Shown: piece by piece, positions 9,693-18,781 of the stretch | How positions within the stretch are numbered: position 1 is the first letter of the stretch | How the letters are laid out: the number at the start of each line of letters is the position of its first letter | Origin: an uncultured Dialister sp. | GTDB taxonomy: Bacteria > Bacillota > Negativicutes > Veillonellales > Dialisteraceae | Direction of reading: 5' to 3' | DNA: 64,000 bases | Assembly (NCBI GenBank): GCA_900545365.1 | Contig: UQYL01000003.1 | Coordinates: forward strand, 41,829 to 105,828 | Made by a program: the position numbers and the translations under genes | Notes under the pieces: model-generated | What the model saw: the letters and a program-made list of their open reading frames with translations, nothing else | Databases searched by the model: none | Told to the model about the DNA's origin: nothing

Positions 9693-9962
9693 ATGCTTAC
9701 AGCAGAACAGAAAAAAGAAGTTATTGAACAGTATGCGACTCATGAAGGCGACACGGGATCTCCGGAAGTACAGATCGCGATCCTCACGAAGAGAATCGTT
9801 ATCCTCACGGAACATCTGAAGGAACACAAGAAAGATCATCATTCCCGCCGCGGCCTGCTGAAAATGGTCGGCCAGCGCAGAAACATGCTCGACTACCTCC
9901 GCCGCACGGACATCGAAAGATACAGAACCCTCGGCGCGAAGCTGGGCCTGCGTCTGAAATAA
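9693..9962 (+). CDS. rpsO: 30S ribosomal protein S15
   Basis: 89 aa. [16 protein letters not shown] and [12 protein letters not shown] are canonical S15. Confidence 0.97.
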   Translation: MLTAEQKKEVIEQYATHEGDTGSPEVQIAILTKRIVILTEHLKEHKKDHHSRRGLLKMVGQRRNMLDYLRRTDIERYRTLGAKLGLRLK

Positions 9963-9969
9963 GAATGGA

Positions 9970-10000
9970 AAAATGCAGCGTGTCATGCGCTGCATTTTTG
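9970..10000 (+). terminator. Rho-independent terminator of rpsO
   Basis: Perfect 9-bp stem AATGCAGCG (9972-9980) / CGCTGCATT (9988-9996), running into a T-run. Confidence 0.85.
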
Positions 10001-10095
10001 ATTGCCTGAAAAAGAATCCGAAAGAGAAACGAATTTCCTTGCGCTCTTTCTGTATAATAAAAAAGTAGAAAAAGAAAGGAAAGGAAGCGGGGAAA

Positions 10096-10263
10096 ATGGA
10101 CGAGAAAGATGAAGCGCGGATGGATGAAGCCGTAAGAGAGCTGCTGAAAGATCCGGTAATGGTGAAAGAGGTCGCGAAGATGCGTGACCGGGGCATGTCT
10201 GAGACCTACGTGCAGAATTGGCTCCGCCAGATCGCGGCGCTGAATCAGACGGGAAAGAAATAA
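10096..10263 (+). CDS. Hypothetical small protein (55 aa)
   Basis: Absent from the ORF track because it is under 60 aa. Has an extended -10 (TGTATAAT 10051-10058), a purine-rich SD region and its own terminator. Translation starts MDEKDEARMDEAVRELLKDPVMVKEVAKMRDRG. Confidence 0.4.
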   Translation: MDEKDEARMDEAVRELLKDPVMVKEVAKMRDRGMSETYVQNWLRQIAALNQTGKK

Positions 10264-10294
10264 GCGGAAGGGAAAAAAGTACCTTCCGCTTTTT
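10264..10294 (+). terminator. Rho-independent terminator
   Basis: GCGGAAGG (10264-10271) / CCTTCCGC (10282-10289), followed by TTTTT. Confidence 0.75.
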
Positions 10295-10299
10295 GTATG

Positions 10300-11000
10300 C
10301 TGAAAACCCCCGGTTTCACCGGGGAGTTCCCTAGAGCTTCTAGCTATGAGGAAAGTGTTACATAAAAAAGACCTCCCTGTATAGTACAAGAGTCAGTCTG
10401 TCAAAATGACAAATGTACGAAAAGGGAGGTCTTTTTTATGGACGATGTGAAAAGTTTATCACATACGAAATGGAATTGTAAGTACCATATAGTTTTTGCG
10501 CCAAAGTATAGAAGGAAAGTGTTTTATGAACAGGAAAGAATGGAAATCGGACAAATATTAAGGACGCTGTGCAAAAGGAAAGAAGTAAATTTGTTAGAAG
10601 CCGAGGCATGTCCAGATCATATCCACATACTGGTGGAGATACCGCCTAAAATCAGCATATCCAATTTTATGGGGTATCTGAAAGGGAAAAGCAGCCTGGC
10701 GATTTATGAGAAATGGGGGAATATGAAATACAAGTATAAAAGGAGATCATTCTGGTGTCGAGGATACTATGTAGATACGGTAGGAAAAAATACGAAAAAG
10801 ATCAGAGAATATATCCAGAATCAATTGAGAGAAGACAAAGAACTGGATGAAATGACGTTGAATTTAACCGACCCGTTTACGGGTAACAAGAAATAAGATG
10901 CACGGACAGACTGACAAAGGAGCGCGGGGACGCGCTGCCGGTAGAACAGGCGCTTTGTGCCGCATGTGAAATACCCCCGGCTACGCCGGGGGATATTTTT
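10300..11000 (+). mobile_element. IS200/IS605-family insertion sequence (IS200-like, tnpA only); ends approximate
   Basis: About 0.7 kb, visibly more AT-rich. Similar subterminal GC hairpins at both ends: CCCCGG-TTTCA-CCGGGG (10308-10324) and CCCCCGG-CTACG-CCGGGGG (10974-10992). Single Y1 transposase gene. Confidence 0.8.
10438..10896 (+). CDS. tnpA: IS200/IS605-family transposase TnpA (Y1/HUH)
   Basis: 152 aa. Contains KYHIVFAPKYRRKVF, the HUH motif HIHILVEIPP and a C-terminal catalytic Tyr region (RGYYVDTVG). Confidence 0.95.
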   Translation: MDDVKSLSHTKWNCKYHIVFAPKYRRKVFYEQERMEIGQILRTLCKRKEVNLLEAEACPDHIHILVEIPPKISISNFMGYLKGKSSLAIYEKWGNMKYKYKRRSFWCRGYYVDTVGKNTKKIREYIQNQLREDKELDEMTLNLTDPFTGNKK

Positions 11001-11113
11001 TTTCATGCGGCAGAGGCATTTGAACGGATTCGTTATAAGTATTGGGAATTTAAGATGCGGCGGGGTATAAAGAAGACAGAACCAGCGGAAAGCGGAAGAA
11101 GGGAGAGGGAAAG

Positions 11114-11608
11114 ATGAAAAAATGGATGACAGCATGCTGCCTGGGGCTGGCAGCGGCCGCCGCGGCGGGATGCGGCGCGACGGGAGCGGCTTCCGGGAAT
11201 CCGGCGTCTCCGGAGACAACTGTGCAGAGGGAAGAGATTTTATCGGAGGACAGTAAGGAAATGAAACAGATTCGCATAGAAGACGGGGCAGGACATGCCG
11301 CGGTATTTGAATTGAACGGAAGCGGCGCGGCGGAGGCGCTGTACGCCCAGCTGCCTCTTACGGTACAAGTGGAGAATTTCAGCAGCAATGAAAAAATTTT
11401 TTATCCGGCGGAACTTCCTCTGACGGATACGCCCCATCCGGCGGAACCGGAAGCGGGCGTGCTGGCGTATTATGCGCCATGGGGAAATGTAGTCATGTTC
11501 TATGATTCTTTCCGCCCGAACGGGGATCTCTACGAATTGGGACACGCGGTTGCCGGGACGGATCAGATCGCGCTGTTTTCCGGCGAGCTGCATGCGGCGG
11601 CGCTGTAA
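11114..11608 (+). CDS. Lipoprotein with cyclophilin-like fold domain
   Basis: Signal peptide with lipobox (LAAAAAAGC). C-terminal pattern NEKIFYP, GVLAYYAPWGNVVMFY resembles the cyclophilin-like (Cyclophil_like2) family from memory. Confidence 0.6.
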   Translation: MKKWMTACCLGLAAAAAAGCGATGAASGNPASPETTVQREEILSEDSKEMKQIRIEDGAGHAAVFELNGSGAAEALYAQLPLTVQVENFSSNEKIFYPAELPLTDTPHPAEPEAGVLAYYAPWGNVVMFYDSFRPNGDLYELGHAVAGTDQIALFSGELHAAAL

Positions 11609-11852
11609 GAGCCCGCCGGCAGTGAATCGAAGAAGCCGTCAGGCCTGTAAGGGCCGGCGGCTTTTTGCGTGCCTGCATTCTGTTTTCGGGTGAGGCGGAA
11701 TGTTTATAAAAAACAGTTTCCATGTGTTCAGAAAAGGTATATATTTTATACAAGAAGAAATTGAAAGTTTTGTTTGATGAAATATATTTTTCTGTATGTA
11801 GAGGCCGGCTTATTCGGCGGAAGAGGATCCGCGGGGCGGGCCGGAGCCAGAG

Positions 11853-12095
11853 GTGAGAAAATTGCTGTTGAAAGACGGGCAGGTCGGGATGTCTTACGCG
11901 GTGGAGGCGACGCATCTTCCCTTTCAGCTGGAGCGGCGTCTGGAAGCGCTGGGTATGACCAGAGATACGCGGATCTCCGTGCTGAACCGCAAAGGGAAAG
12001 GGATACTGATCATCAAGCTGAGAGGCAGCCGTTTTGCGCTGGGCTATAACATTACGAAGAACATTGAAGTGAAAGCGGGTGAACCGGTTGGGTGA
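11853..12095 (+). CDS. feoA: Ferrous iron transport protein A
   Basis: 80 aa, GTG start. FeoA-like SH3 pattern: LERRLEALGMTRDTRISVL, IIKLRGSRFALGYNITKNIEV. Confidence 0.85.
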   Translation: MRKLLLKDGQVGMSYAVEATHLPFQLERRLEALGMTRDTRISVLNRKGKGILIIKLRGSRFALGYNITKNIEVKAGEPVG

Positions 12096-14142
12096 GAGGG
12101 AGATAACCGTCGGCTTTATCGGAAATCCGAACTGCGGCAAGACCACTCTTTTTAACGCGTATACCGGAGCGAATCTGAAAGTGGCGAACTGGCCCGGCGT
12201 TACCGTGGAGAAAATGGAAGGGGAGGTCGAAGAGGAGGAAGATCATGTCCATATCCATCTGGTCGATCTGCCCGGTACGTACAGCCTGACTTCCTATACG
12301 ATGGAGGAGACGGTGGCCCGGCAGTGCATCCTGAGCGGGCAGGTCGACGTCATCATCAATGTGGTCGACGCGTCGGCGCTGGAGCGCAGCCTGTATCTGA
12401 CGCTGCAGCTTCTGGAATTGGGGCGTCCTGTGGTGATGGCGCTCAATATGATGGACATCGTGGAAAAGCGGGGTATGGAGATTGATCTCCACCGTCTGCC
12501 GGAATTGCTCGGCACCCCGGTGATCCCGATTTCTGCCCGGCAGCGCCGCGGGCTGGATATCCTTCTTCATGCGGCGGTGATGCACGAAGGGAGCACCGGC
12601 CCGGATCGGCTGATCCATTTCCATAAAGAGGTTTCCCATCACCGGCACGATCATCACGCAGAATATGCCATGGTCTATTCGGATGAGATCGAGGATAAGA
12701 TCGATCAGATCCTTCCTGTGCTGAAACAAAAATATCCTGATCTCATCAATTACCGCTGGCACGCGCTGAAACTGCTGGAAGGAGACCGGGAGATCTCGGA
12801 AAAATATCCTGTGGAGCTTCCGGAAGTGCTGGACCGCAGCTATGAGTCGGAGATTATCAATCAGAAATATGACTTCATCGGAGAGATTATCCGGGAAGTG
12901 CTCATTCACAAAGTGCGGCAGGACGTGCTTACGGAGCGGGCGGATAAGGTGCTGACGAGCAATGTCTGGGGCATCCCCGTATTTCTCGGCATCATGGCGG
13001 TGACCTTTTTTCTGACCTTTACGATCGGCGACTGGATCAAGGGATTTTTTGAGGCGGGCATCGGCTGGCTTTCCGAAGGAGCAGGTTCCTTCCTGCTTCA
13101 TGTCGGCGCGGGAGAGATGGCGACGTCTCTTCTGGTGGACGGCATCATCGGCGGCGTCGGGACAATCGTCACTTTTCTGCCCAATATCCTCATCCTTTTC
13201 CTGTGCTTGGCGCTTCTGGAGGACAGCGGCTACATGGCGCGGGTGGCGTATGTGATGGAAGATATCATGAGCCGCCTCGGGCTGTCGGGGAAGGCTTTCA
13301 TCCCCATGCTTCTCGGATTCGGATGCACCGTGCCGGCTGTCATGGCGTCGCGGGCGCTGGAAAATAAGCGGGACCGCTACAAGGTCATGCTCGTCACGCC
13401 GTTTATGAGCTGCAACGCCAGGCTGACGATTTATATTCTCTTTTCGGAAATGTTTTTCCCCGGGCACGCCATGCTCGTGGCGTACTCCATGTACCTCATC
13501 GGCATCGCGGTGGCGATCGCCGTTTCCTGGATCATCCATCTGCTGGACAGGAAAAACAGCGCGAATTACCTGATGATCGAGCTGCCGGAATATAAACTGC
13601 CCGATTCCCGGACAGTAGGCATCTATGTGTGGGAAAAGATCAAGGAATATCTGGAAAAAGCGGGCACCACGATTTTCCTGGCTACGCTTGCCATCTGGTG
13701 CCTTCTGAATTTCGGGCCCGGAGGATACGCGGCGGACATGGCGGGCAGCTTCGGGGCGATCCTCGGCAAGGCGCTGACTCCGTTTTTTGCGCCGATCGGT
13801 CTTGGCTTCTGGCAGATCGTGGTGGCGCTGATTGCCGGGGTATCGGCAAAAGAAGTAGTCGTTTCCAGCTGCGCCGTGCTTTTCGGCGTGGTCAACGCGA
13901 GCGCGCCGGAAGGGATGGCCGCTTTTGCCGAAGCGCTCACCGCCATAGGGTTTGGCCCTTTTAACGCGTTCTGCCTCATGGTTTTCTGCCTGCTGTACAT
14001 TCCCTGCGCGGCGGCGCTGGCGACGATCCGGAAAGAAGCGGACAGCTGGGCATGGATGGGATTTACCGCCTTTTTCCAGCTGGCGGTGGCATGGATCGTA
14101 ACTTTTTGCATATATCAAGCGGGTTCCCGTCTGCTGTTCTGA
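12079..14142 (+). CDS. feoB: Ferrous iron transport protein B
   Basis: N-terminal G-domain (GNPNCGKTTLFN, DLPGTYSL) plus polytopic membrane domain. Overlaps the feoA stop. Confidence 0.95.
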   Translation: MNRLGEREITVGFIGNPNCGKTTLFNAYTGANLKVANWPGVTVEKMEGEVEEEEDHVHIHLVDLPGTYSLTSYTMEETVARQCILSGQVDVIINVVDASALERSLYLTLQLLELGRPVVMALNMMDIVEKRGMEIDLHRLPELLGTPVIPISARQRRGLDILLHAAVMHEGSTGPDRLIHFHKEVSHHRHDHHAEYAMVYSDEIEDKIDQILPVLKQKYPDLINYRWHALKLLEGDREISEKYPVELPEVLDRSYESEIINQKYDFIGEIIREVLIHKVRQDVLTERADKVLTSNVWGIPVFLGIMAVTFFLTFTIGDWIKGFFEAGIGWLSEGAGSFLLHVGAGEMATSLLVDGIIGGVGTIVTFLPNILILFLCLALLEDSGYMARVAYVMEDIMSRLGLSGKAFIPMLLGFGCTVPAVMASRALENKRDRYKVMLVTPFMSCNARLTIYILFSEMFFPGHAMLVAYSMYLIGIAVAIAVSWIIHLLDRKNSANYLMIELPEYKLPDSRTVGIYVWEKIKEYLEKAGTTIFLATLAIWCLLNFGPGGYAADMAGSFGAILGKALTPFFAPIGLGFWQIVVALIAGVSAKEVVVSSCAVLFGVVNASAPEGMAAFAEALTAIGFGPFNAFCLMVFCLLYIPCAAALATIRKEADSWAWMGFTAFFQLAVAWIVTFCIYQAGSRLLF

Positions 14143-14163
14143 CACGGAAAGAAGGAGAAAACG

Positions 14164-14370
14164 GTGGCGGCATGGATACTGGCGGCGGTACTGCTTTTGT
14201 ACTGCGGATGGGCGTGCCGGAGAATCTGGCTGCGCCGGAAGAAAAAGCCCGTGGGATGTATGGGCTGTCCGTACAAGGGAACGGCCCGGTGCCGCGGAGA
14301 AACGGGGCTCCGCGGCGGCATTGACCGCAGGGGGGCGGCTTTGCGGCGGCGTTCCGTTCCGCGGGAATAA
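14164..14370 (+). CDS. FeoB-associated Cys-rich membrane protein (candidate)
   Basis: GTG start 6 nt after AAGGAGAAAAC. One TM helix, then a CMGCPYKGTARC motif. The Arg-rich tail is unusually long for this family. Confidence 0.5.
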   Translation: MAAWILAAVLLLYCGWACRRIWLRRKKKPVGCMGCPYKGTARCRGETGLRGGIDRRGAALRRRSVPRE

Positions 14371-14384
14371 ATACAGCGGGGACA

Positions 14385-14405
14385 GGCGGCGGCAGGCCGC
14401 CTTTT
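14385..14405 (+). terminator. Weak candidate terminator after the feo operon
   Basis: GGCGGC (14385-14390) / GCCGCC (14396-14401), followed by TTTT. The stem is short. Confidence 0.45.
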
Positions 14406-14490
14406 CTTCTGCGCATTTTTCCGCAAATTTCTGTCGGATTCTATTCGATGTGGTACAATAAACAGGATATGGACAGGAAGGGAAAAATTT

Positions 14491-15522
14491 ATGAAATCAT
14501 TTTCCGCGGCAGGCAGAATCGGCATAGATCTGGGGTCATCGCAGACCCGGATCTATGCCGGAAATAAAATCATTCTTTCAGAAAACAGCGCCGCTGTGAT
14601 CAATAACGTGACCGGCGCGGTAGAAGGATTCGGCGTGGGCGCGCTGGTCCTTTATCACAGAGAACCGGAAAAATACCGCCTGGAGTGGCCGGTGAGCCAT
14701 GGGACGATCGCCGATTATGATCTGACGAAGGGAATGCTGCAGTATTTCCTTGAAAAAGTCATGCATCATTCCGTGAGCCGCCCGAAAGCGGGGCTGGCGG
14801 TCCCCAGCGGGACGAGCACTGTTGTGCGTCATGCGCTGACCGACGCGGCGCTTCACGCGGGAATGAGGGAAGTATACTTGATCTCATCGCCCGCGGCGGC
14901 GCTTCTCGGCGCGGGGTGGCCGCTGTCCGGTCCCGCGGCGGCTCTTTCGGTCGTCGTCGGGAGGGATATCACAAACTGCGGCCTCTTTTCCTGCGGCGGC
15001 GTCGTAGCGGAAGGGGCGATTCCCTTCGGCGGGTATGATATCGATTACGGTATCCGCACATACATGATGGAGAAACATCATATGATGATCGGCCTGGAAA
15101 TGGCGGAGACCATCAAACGGGAGATGGCAAGTGTCACGGTGCCGAAAGAAGCGCTGTCCATCAATGTGCGCGGACGGCGCGCGGAAGACGGGGTCGAGCT
15201 GATCCTCGTGCTGAGCGCGAGGGAGCTTTATCCCATCATGCAGCTGCTGCTGCTTCCGGTCACGCGGCTGATCAAGCGGATCGTCCGTTCCGCGGAGCCG
15301 GAAATGGCGGGAGATCTGCTGAAGAACGGGATCCTGCTCTCCGGCGGCCTGGCGCTGCTGAAAGGCATGAGTGACTGGGTCGCTTCTGAAATCGGCATTC
15401 CCGTATTTGTGCCGGAAAATCCGGAAGAAACTGTCGCGGCAGGCTGCTTCCTCGCCCTGAGCGAGTATGAAAAGCTGCCGGATGTGATTGAAAACGGCGA
15501 GATGTATTGCGGAAAGGAGTAA
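14491..15522 (+). CDS. mreB: MreB/Mbl-family actin-like protein (divergent)
   Basis: 343 aa with IGIDLGSSQT (phosphate-1) and GGLALLKG motifs. Sits first in an mreBCD cluster. The phosphate-2 motif looks degenerate (see findings). Confidence 0.8.
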   Translation: MKSFSAAGRIGIDLGSSQTRIYAGNKIILSENSAAVINNVTGAVEGFGVGALVLYHREPEKYRLEWPVSHGTIADYDLTKGMLQYFLEKVMHHSVSRPKAGLAVPSGTSTVVRHALTDAALHAGMREVYLISSPAAALLGAGWPLSGPAAALSVVVGRDITNCGLFSCGGVVAEGAIPFGGYDIDYGIRTYMMEKHHMMIGLEMAETIKREMASVTVPKEALSINVRGRRAEDGVELILVLSARELYPIMQLLLLPVTRLIKRIVRSAEPEMAGDLLKNGILLSGGLALLKGMSDWVASEIGIPVFVPENPEETVAAGCFLALSEYEKLPDVIENGEMYCGKE

Positions 15523-15525
15523 GCT

Positions 15526-16437
15526 TTGTTCTCCTTCGGAAAAAGGAAAATCTTTCTCACGATCCTGATCATTTTATTTATGGGCCTGTGCGGATGGTTC
15601 TGGCGGCACAGGGAATCCGTTCCCTTTGTGTCGCAGCCTTTGTCCACCGCGGCGGCGCCTTTTGAGTATGGCATGAGCAGGATCTCTTTTGCCGGAAGGA
15701 CGGGGATCGGCATGATCGACCAGATCCTGTCCGACTGGGAAGAACTGGAGGCGCTGCGCAGGGAAAACGGCGCGCTGCGGGCCGAGCAGACGGCGTACAG
15801 CGGGATCCTGGCGGAAAATATCCGCCTGCGGGAGCTGGCCGGATTTCGGCAGGGCTATAAGCAGTTTACCCTCCTTGGCGCTTCTGTGATCGACAGGGAC
15901 TACGGGAGCTGGTCGGATACGATGGTCATTGACCGCGGGACGGACAGCGGAATCGCCAAATATATGCCGGTCATTGTGCCGGGAGGCCTCGTGGGGTTCG
16001 TGAGCGACGTCTATCTGAATTCGGCGCGGGTGCAGCTCATCACCGATCCGCGCACTTCTGTGGGTGCTGTGGTGCAGCGGCCCGGATCGAGGGTGGCTTC
16101 GATCGTTCGGGGGAACGGCAGCCGTCCGGCGCAGATGATTTTTACCAATCTGATCCGTGAAGCAGATATCCTGAAGGGCGACATGCTTGTCACTTCAGGA
16201 TACGGCGGCGTGTATCCGCCGGGGCTCCTGATCGGGACGGTCGATTCCGTGACCGGCGGCGAGTCGGACACGATCCGCTCTGCGGTCGTGACTCCTGCGG
16301 CGGATATGGGCCGGCTGGAAGAAGTGTTCGTCATTACCAGCCAGTTTGAGCGAACACTGCCGCAGAATATTGAAATGACGGCTCCGACGAAAGAGCCGGT
16401 CATGAATCCGAATGAAAAACAGGCGGGGGTTTCATAA
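15526..16437 (+). CDS. mreC: Rod shape-determining protein MreC
   Basis: TTG start 6 nt after GGAAAGGAG. N-terminal TM helix, coiled-coil (ELEALRRENGALRAEQ), then beta-barrel domains. Confidence 0.85.
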   Translation: MFSFGKRKIFLTILIILFMGLCGWFWRHRESVPFVSQPLSTAAAPFEYGMSRISFAGRTGIGMIDQILSDWEELEALRRENGALRAEQTAYSGILAENIRLRELAGFRQGYKQFTLLGASVIDRDYGSWSDTMVIDRGTDSGIAKYMPVIVPGGLVGFVSDVYLNSARVQLITDPRTSVGAVVQRPGSRVASIVRGNGSRPAQMIFTNLIREADILKGDMLVTSGYGGVYPPGLLIGTVDSVTGGESDTIRSAVVTPAADMGRLEEVFVITSQFERTLPQNIEMTAPTKEPVMNPNEKQAGVS

Positions 16438-16928
16438 TGTCCAGATGGGGAGCAGTAATCCTGACGGTCTGCCTGACGCTGGCGCAGGGGCCGGGGATCG
16501 CCGTGCTGTCAAACGGGAAATGGGTGCCCGATCTATGGATGTCGGCGGTCATTATTTCCGCACTGGCTTTTGAAAAGAGGACGGCTGTTTTCCTGGCGGC
16601 TGCGGGAGGACTGATTCAGGATATCCTGACGGGGAATTTTTTCGGACTCCATTTTTTCCCCTATCTGGTGATTGTCCTGATCGTTTCCGCGGCGGTAAAA
16701 GTGAGATATAACAGACGCTGGCTGGTTTCCGTGCTGACTGTGGCTGGAGGCTCGGCGGTTTATGTCTTCCTGTCCTGCGGGATCATCCTGCTGAGCGGGG
16801 CAGAGCTGTCTCTGTTTAGTTATTTCCTGTACCGGGGTCTGCCGCAGATTCTGCTGAACACGGCGGCGGCCATGGTTCTGCACAGTGTCATTTGGAATAT
16901 GAAACGGAAATGGGAACCAAAATGGTAA
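16437..16928 (+). CDS. mreD: Rod shape-determining protein MreD
   Basis: 163-aa polytopic membrane protein. ATG overlaps the mreC stop (TAATG). Position in the operon supports the call. Confidence 0.75.
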   Translation: MSRWGAVILTVCLTLAQGPGIAVLSNGKWVPDLWMSAVIISALAFEKRTAVFLAAAGGLIQDILTGNFFGLHFFPYLVIVLIVSAAVKVRYNRRWLVSVLTVAGGSAVYVFLSCGIILLSGAELSLFSYFLYRGLPQILLNTAAAMVLHSVIWNMKRKWEPKW

Positions 16929-18781
16929 AGAGAAGAGCGATACCGGCCGTGCTGGGGAAGCTGCTCAGGAAACAGGAGGAATCGCGGTATGCGAAAATGA
17001 TGTATGCCGCCGTTGTTTTGCTCTTGATTCTCGCGGTGCGGCTTTTTTACATGCAGATCGTGGAAGGCGCTTATTATAAAGAGGAGGCGGACGGAAACCG
17101 GATTCGGACGATGCCGGTGCAGGCCGTCAGAGGCGTCATGTACGACAGAAACGGCGTCATGCTGGCTGGCTCCAGAGCGGCGTATACGGTCGTGATCCCT
17201 GTGGACAGAAAGCAGAAGAAAATGCCGGATGCGGAACTGGACGCGCTGGCGGTGCTGCTGCATATGCCGAAGGAGAAGATCCTGGAAAAAATTGAAGATC
17301 ACAAAGTTGACTTCGGCCCGGTTCCGCTGATGTACGATGCCGGGATGGATGTGGTCACACAGCTTGCGGAAAGAAAATCAGATTTCCCCGATGTGGATGT
17401 GGAAAATCAGCCGCTTCGCATTTACCCGCTGAAAAATGCGGGTGCGCAGGTGCTGGGCTATGTCGGAGAAGCCGGACCGGACGACCGGGATGCCAACGGA
17501 CAGCCCTATCGGTCAAGAGCACTCATCGGACGGGCCGGGCTGGAGTATAAGTACAATCAGTTCTTGGAAGGGAAAAACGGGAGCCGGCAGGTGGAGGTCG
17601 ATGCGACAGGCCAGCCGGTACGGTATTTCAGCGGCAGTCCCGTCGTTCCGGGGCACAATATCCGCCTGACACTGGACGCCAATCTGCAGAAGGTCGCGGA
17701 GAAAGCCATTCAGGAACAGATCGAATACCTGAACCAGTACAATGTCCATCCGACGGGGGCCTCTGCGGTAGCGGTCGATCCGAATTCGGGGGCTGTCCTC
17801 GCCATGGTGAGCTGGCCGGGATTCAATCCGAACCATTTCAGCCGCGGCATCAGTACGGAAGAGTGGAATTCCATCATCAATAATCCCAATCATCCGCTGG
17901 AAAACCGGCCGATCGCGGCGATGTACCCGCCCGGTTCCGTATTTAAAGTCATCACCGGGGCGGCGGGACTGGAGGCCAAGGTACTGGATCCGTCGGAGAT
18001 GATCTACGACAACGGGAAACATTGGCTGATTCCGAAGCAGAACGCCCAAGGCGAAGCTTTCGGCTGGATCAATTTTGATATGGCTATGGCCAAGTCGGAC
18101 AATGTGTATTTTTATGAGATTGGCCGCCGGCTTGGCATTGACCGTCTGGCAGACATGGCGAGGGCGTTCGGCCTCGGCAGCCGGACGGGGATCGATCTGA
18201 ACGGCGAGTCGGAAGGAAACGTGGCCAGCGAAGAATATAAAAGGGAAGTCTTCGATGAAGACTGGTACCTGGGCGAGACTTTTGATGCGGCCATCGGGCA
18301 GAGCTATAATCTGGCCACGCCGCTGCAGATGACCATGATCTATGCGGCCATCGCGAACGGCGGATTCCGCTATCAGCCGTATCTTGTGAGCCGGGTGGAT
18401 AATCTGGACGGCACCCCGAATAAGATCTTCGCGCCGACTCAGATTGGGACGCTGCCTGTTTCGCAGGCAAATCTGAAAATATTGCAGGATACGCTCCGCA
18501 GTGTCATGAAAAAGGACGGGACGGGCGGATTCCTTTTCGCGGATTACCCCATTGCCCTGGCGGGGAAGTCGGGTACAGCGGAAACGAACGGTCTGGATAA
18601 CGGCTGGTTCGTGGCGTATGGGCCGTTTGATAAACCGGAGATTGTCGTGCTGGTCATGTTTGAGCACAGCGGGTTCGGCGCGGATTCCGCCGCTCCGGTC
18701 GTAAAGAAATTGATGGATGCGTATTTCCATCTGGATAAGCCTGCGCCTGCCGCGCAGGAAGCGGAGGGAAAGAAACCGTGA
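16922..18781 (+). CDS. mrdA: Penicillin-binding protein 2 (elongasome transpeptidase)
   Basis: Transpeptidase motifs SVFK, SDN and KSGT. Start uncertain: ATG 16922 was chosen, with ATG 16910 and TTG 16892 as alternatives. Confidence 0.88.
   Translation: MVKRRAIPAVLGKLLRKQEESRYAKMMYAAVVLLLILAVRLFYMQIVEGAYYKEEADGNRIRTMPVQAVRGVMYDRNGVMLAGSRAAYTVVIPVDRKQKKMPDAELDALAVLLHMPKEKILEKIEDHKVDFGPVPLMYDAGMDVVTQLAERKSDFPDVDVENQPLRIYPLKNAGAQVLGYVGEAGPDDRDANGQPYRSRALIGRAGLEYKYNQFLEGKNGSRQVEVDATGQPVRYFSGSPVVPGHNIRLTLDANLQKVAEKAIQEQIEYLNQYNVHPTGASAVAVDPNSGAVLAMVSWPGFNPNHFSRGISTEEWNSIINNPNHPLENRPIAAMYPPGSVFKVITGAAGLEAKVLDPSEMIYDNGKHWLIPKQNAQGEAFGWINFDMAMAKSDNVYFYEIGRRLGIDRLADMARAFGLGSRTGIDLNGESEGNVASEEYKREVFDEDWYLGETFDAAIGQSYNLATPLQMTMIYAAIANGGFRYQPYLVSRVDNLDGTPNKIFAPTQIGTLPVSQANLKILQDTLRSVMKKDGTGGFLFADYPIALAGKSGTAETNGLDNGWFVAYGPFDKPEIVVLVMFEHSGFGADSAAPVVKKLMDAYFHLDKPAPAAQEAEGKKP

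Noticed and set aside
11725-11760. dif-like XerCD site, because of the TATATATT core
   Set aside because: The flanking arms do not match the Firmicutes dif consensus (ACTTCCTAGAATATATATTATGTAAACT). Only the AT-rich centre matches.
12052-14145. 697-aa ORF antisense to feoB
   Set aside because: It exactly shadows a well-supported gene. The translation is Arg/His/Pro-rich low complexity. Long stop-free antisense frames are expected opposite codon-biased genes in GC-rich DNA, because TTA, CTA and TCA are rare codons.
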